64,000 bases of DNA from a bacterium (GTDB taxonomy: Bacteria; Verrucomicrobiota; Verrucomicrobiia; Limisphaerales; UBA11358): NCBI GenBank assembly GCA_021780905.1, contig JAJXXW010000093.1, forward strand, positions 1,559 through 65,558. The letters run 5' to 3'. Of the stretch, positions 61,970 through 64,000 are shown piece by piece. The notes beneath the pieces were generated by a model. It was not told the origin of the DNA. It worked only from the letters and a program-made list of their open reading frames with translations, and searched no databases. Position 1 is the stretch's first letter. The number at the start of each line of letters is the position of its first letter. Both the position numbers and the translations under genes were made by a program.

Positions 61970-64000
61970 ATGATTCTTCCGATTATGAAAACCAATAAAT
62001 TGTTCCCCATTCCTAATCTCCTCGCCGCTGTCCTGACGGGGCTGGCTGTGTTGCTGTTGCCGGCGGCGGCCCAAGCCCAAGGCCTGACCTGGGACCCCGC
62101 TGGTGGTGGCGCCAGTGATGGCGCAGGCACATGGGACAGCGGTCTTCTTTGGTGGAATGGATCAGCCGACGTTACTTGGACCTCCGGCTCGGGCGCCATG
62201 TTTGGCAATGGTGGCACCGGCAATGCCGTCACCTTGGGGGCGGCAACCACGGTCAATTCACTGACAATGAATGCCTTTTCCGGCACCTACACGCTCGGCT
62301 CATCTGGAAGCACGATCACACTCAACAACGGCATCACAAACACCGTCAGCGCCGGCGCGACAACGATCATCAGCCCGATCACGCTGGGGGCGGCGCAGAC
62401 CTGGCAGAACGATTCGGGCAATCCGCTCACCATCGGCACTGACCCGGTGAACAATAACGGCGATCTGCTGACCTTCAGCGGCGGCGGCAATATTACGGTG
62501 TCCAGCGCCATCAGTGGCGGAGGCGGCTTGCTTATGATCGGCAGCGGCATCGTGACGCTTTCCGGCACCAATAACTATGCCGGGGCCACCATTGTCAGTG
62601 CCGGCACGCTGGCGGCTGCCTACCTCGCCAATGCGGGAGCGCCCAGCAGCATTGGCGCTTATACGGGCACGGACAGCGGCGGCTTGATTCTTACCAATGG
62701 CAGCATCTTTTCCTACACCGGCAGCGCGGGTGGTTCCACCACCCGTGGTTTTCGGATCAGCGGTGCCGCTAACGGGACTGCCGACTTTAACATTGTAAAT
62801 GCCGTCAATCTGACCATGGGAAATTATGAGCCGACTGTAACCGGCAACTTGAGCGTGGGAGGCAGCGGAAACTTACTGGAGATCACTCGCGACACGGTTG
62901 ATTCCGGGATCAACTCCCAGATCATTGCCAATATTCCAGTGACTGTAGATGAAGTAAGATTCACAGTCAGTTCTTCCTCCGTCAGTCCCAATTTTAGCCC
63001 GGTAACGGCTCCTTACCAGGTCACGATTGGAAACGTGACCAACACCGTGGCCAACGGGAATGTGGTGGTGGGCGGCTCGCAGGGTGGCACGATTACCAAT
63101 AGCGTCAATATCGGCACCGGCACCTTTTACAAGGCGGGGGGTGCCCTTTGGACATTCACGGGTTCCACCTTCAAATGTGGGACGCTCGCTTGCAATGGCA
63201 GCGCCGGAGGTTTTACCTTTTCCTCACCGAATCCGATTAACAATGGAAATTTCTCGGGCAAAATATCCTTTAACAACACCGGCACCTTTACCTACAACAG
63301 TCCCGCAGACCAAGCGTTCGGATCTGCCATCAGCGGCCCGGGTCAACTGGTCCAACAAGGCCCCGGCACTCTTACGCTTTACGGTGCCTGCACCTACACC
63401 GGACCAACCACTGTGAATGGCGGTAAATTGGTGGGGGTGGTGGGCGGCGCCTGCAAAAACAGCGCGGTGACGGTGAGCGCCAACGGTGGATGCACCCTTG
63501 GCATCTACGTCACTGACAACACCAAGCAGTGGACTTGCGCCAGCCTCACGTTTGCGGACGCAAGCGGCGGTCTGCAATTTGGCTTCAATACGACGCCCAG
63601 TGCCTCGCTGGCACCGCTCAGTGTGACCAATCTGACGTTTACCGGCACCCCGACCCTCTACGTTGATCCAGCCAATCTGGTTTCCGGGAACTCCTATCCT
63701 TTGCTCGTCTATAGCGGCACCCTTACCGGGACAGCACCAACCTCGGCCACCATTGGCGGAGGGCTGTCCGGAACGCTGGCTTGGGGGACTGGCTCGCCCT
63801 ACAGCGCCAACACTCTGGTTTTGACTGTTTCCGGGACTTCCACCCAGCCGCTCACTTGGAACAGTTCCGGCACCGGACCATGGGACATCAACCTCACCCA
63901 GGATTGGAAGGATAATACCGGAGCCGCAGCCTATTATCAGCAAGGGTTTTTAGGCTACGCGGTGCAATTCACGGATGCCAATCTTTCGGCTGATACGGTG
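61970..64000 (+). CDS. autotransporter-associated beta-strand-repeat (PATR) giant surface protein, 3' end beyond the window
   Basis: Not in the ORF track because no stop lies in the window; translated by hand. Begins MILPIMKTNKLFPIPNLLAAVLTGLAVLLLPAAAQAQGLTWDPAGGG..GTWDSG..WWNG.., then repeated ..G.LT.SG.NNY.G.T.V..GTL.. units. The frame was spot-checked open at the 5' end and at 63902-64000. Alternative ATG at 61985. Confidence 0.75.
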   Translation, partial: MILPIMKTNKLFPIPNLLAAVLTGLAVLLLPAAAQAQGLTWDPAGGGASDGAGTWDSGLLWWNGSADVTWTSGSGAMFGNGGTGNAVTLGAATTVNSLTMNAFSGTYTLGSSGSTITLNNGITNTVSAGATTIISPITLGAAQTWQNDSGNPLTIGTDPVNNNGDLLTFSGGGNITVSSAISGGGGLLMIGSGIVTLSGTNNYAGATIVSAGTLAAAYLANAGAPSSIGAYTGTDSGGLILTNGSIFSYTGSAGGSTTRGFRISGAANGTADFNIVNAVNLTMGNYEPTVTGNLSVGGSGNLLEITRDTVDSGINSQIIANIPVTVDEVRFTVSSSSVSPNFSPVTAPYQVTIGNVTNTVANGNVVVGGSQGGTITNSVNIGTGTFYKAGGALWTFTGSTFKCGTLACNGSAGGFTFSSPNPINNGNFSGKISFNNTGTFTYNSPADQAFGSAISGPGQLVQQGPGTLTLYGACTYTGPTTVNGGKLVGVVGGACKNSAVTVSANGGCTLGIYVTDNTKQWTCASLTFADASGGLQFGFNTTPSASLAPLSVTNLTFTGTPTLYVDPANLVSGNSYPLLVYSGTLTGTAPTSATIGGGLSGTLAWGTGSPYSANTLVLTVSGTSTQPLTWNSSGTGPWDINLTQDWKDNTGAAAYYQQGFLGYAVQFTDANLSADTV

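Noticed and set aside
61963-63943. Minus-strand ORFs 61963-62286, 62287-62571, 63224-63943 and plus-strand 62131-62442, 63060-63416
   Set aside because: These are shadow and off-frame ORFs inside the long PATR-repeat gene. That gene's frame (from ATG 61970) gives the expected signal peptide and repeat units, and was spot-checked open at its 5' end and at 63902-64000.
1-64000. CRISPR arrays, rRNA genes, retron/DGR-type reverse transcriptases, prophage structural genes
   Set aside because: I looked for regularly spaced short repeats, rRNA-like conserved blocks and RT motifs (YxDD) in the ORF set, and found none.

Overview
This 64-kb window looks like a Verrucomicrobiota-type chromosome segment. 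The taxonomic call is inference from three things: prepilin-type '[14 protein letters not shown]' / H-X9-DG proteins, an autotransporter-associated beta-strand-repeat giant protein, and a 'VAADVRRL..SLVTSAAT' palindromic element.

Layout:
- (i) 1-19.7 kb: visibly GC-rich core with many long antisense artefact ORFs. It holds a tandem-domain DNA methyltransferase convergent with a Zn-ribbon HNH nuclease, ppdK, a metzincin-like protease next to a stand-alone copy of its own propeptide domain, an M2 peptidase, thiH-X-thiS, two peroxiredoxins, pgsA, an epimerase and mtnA.
- (ii) 19.8 to about 34.5 kb: an integrative mobilizable island at tRNA-Cys. It carries an integrase, an excisionase-like HTH, a MobF relaxase-helicase, type I R-M hsdRMS, an MNT/HepT toxin-antitoxin pair bracketed by a duplicated hsdS 3' end, a TIGR02391-like gene, an ORF-free iteron region and a 3-gene P-loop module.
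- (iii) 34.7-54.2 kb: an almost entirely minus-strand block of small stress/envelope genes (YqjD/E/K-like, Thivi_2564-like, DUF3309, PRC-barrel, CBM48), GT4, a P3A H+-ATPase, GH130, transglutaminase, and a HisKA_3 kinase / LuxR regulator pair. An intact IS5-family element and a decayed IS4-family relic are inserted here.
- (iv) 54.5-64 kb: tRNA-Tyr, trpB, a fatty-acid desaturase, pntAA-AB-B, a second H-X9-DG protein and a 3'-truncated giant repeat protein.

The most interesting signal is a promoter-like motif, CACCCCATAG, followed by 20-22 nt, a TAnnnT-type hexamer and 5-6 nt before a start codon. It occurs four times in block (iii), always 32-33 nt upstream of an ORF beginning M-K/N-N/K. This suggests a compact, apparently leaderless stress regulon. 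It sits next to a two-component system that includes a truncated kinase paralogue with His->Gln in the H-box. The same block carries six independent inactivating lesions. No CRISPR array or rRNA gene was seen.
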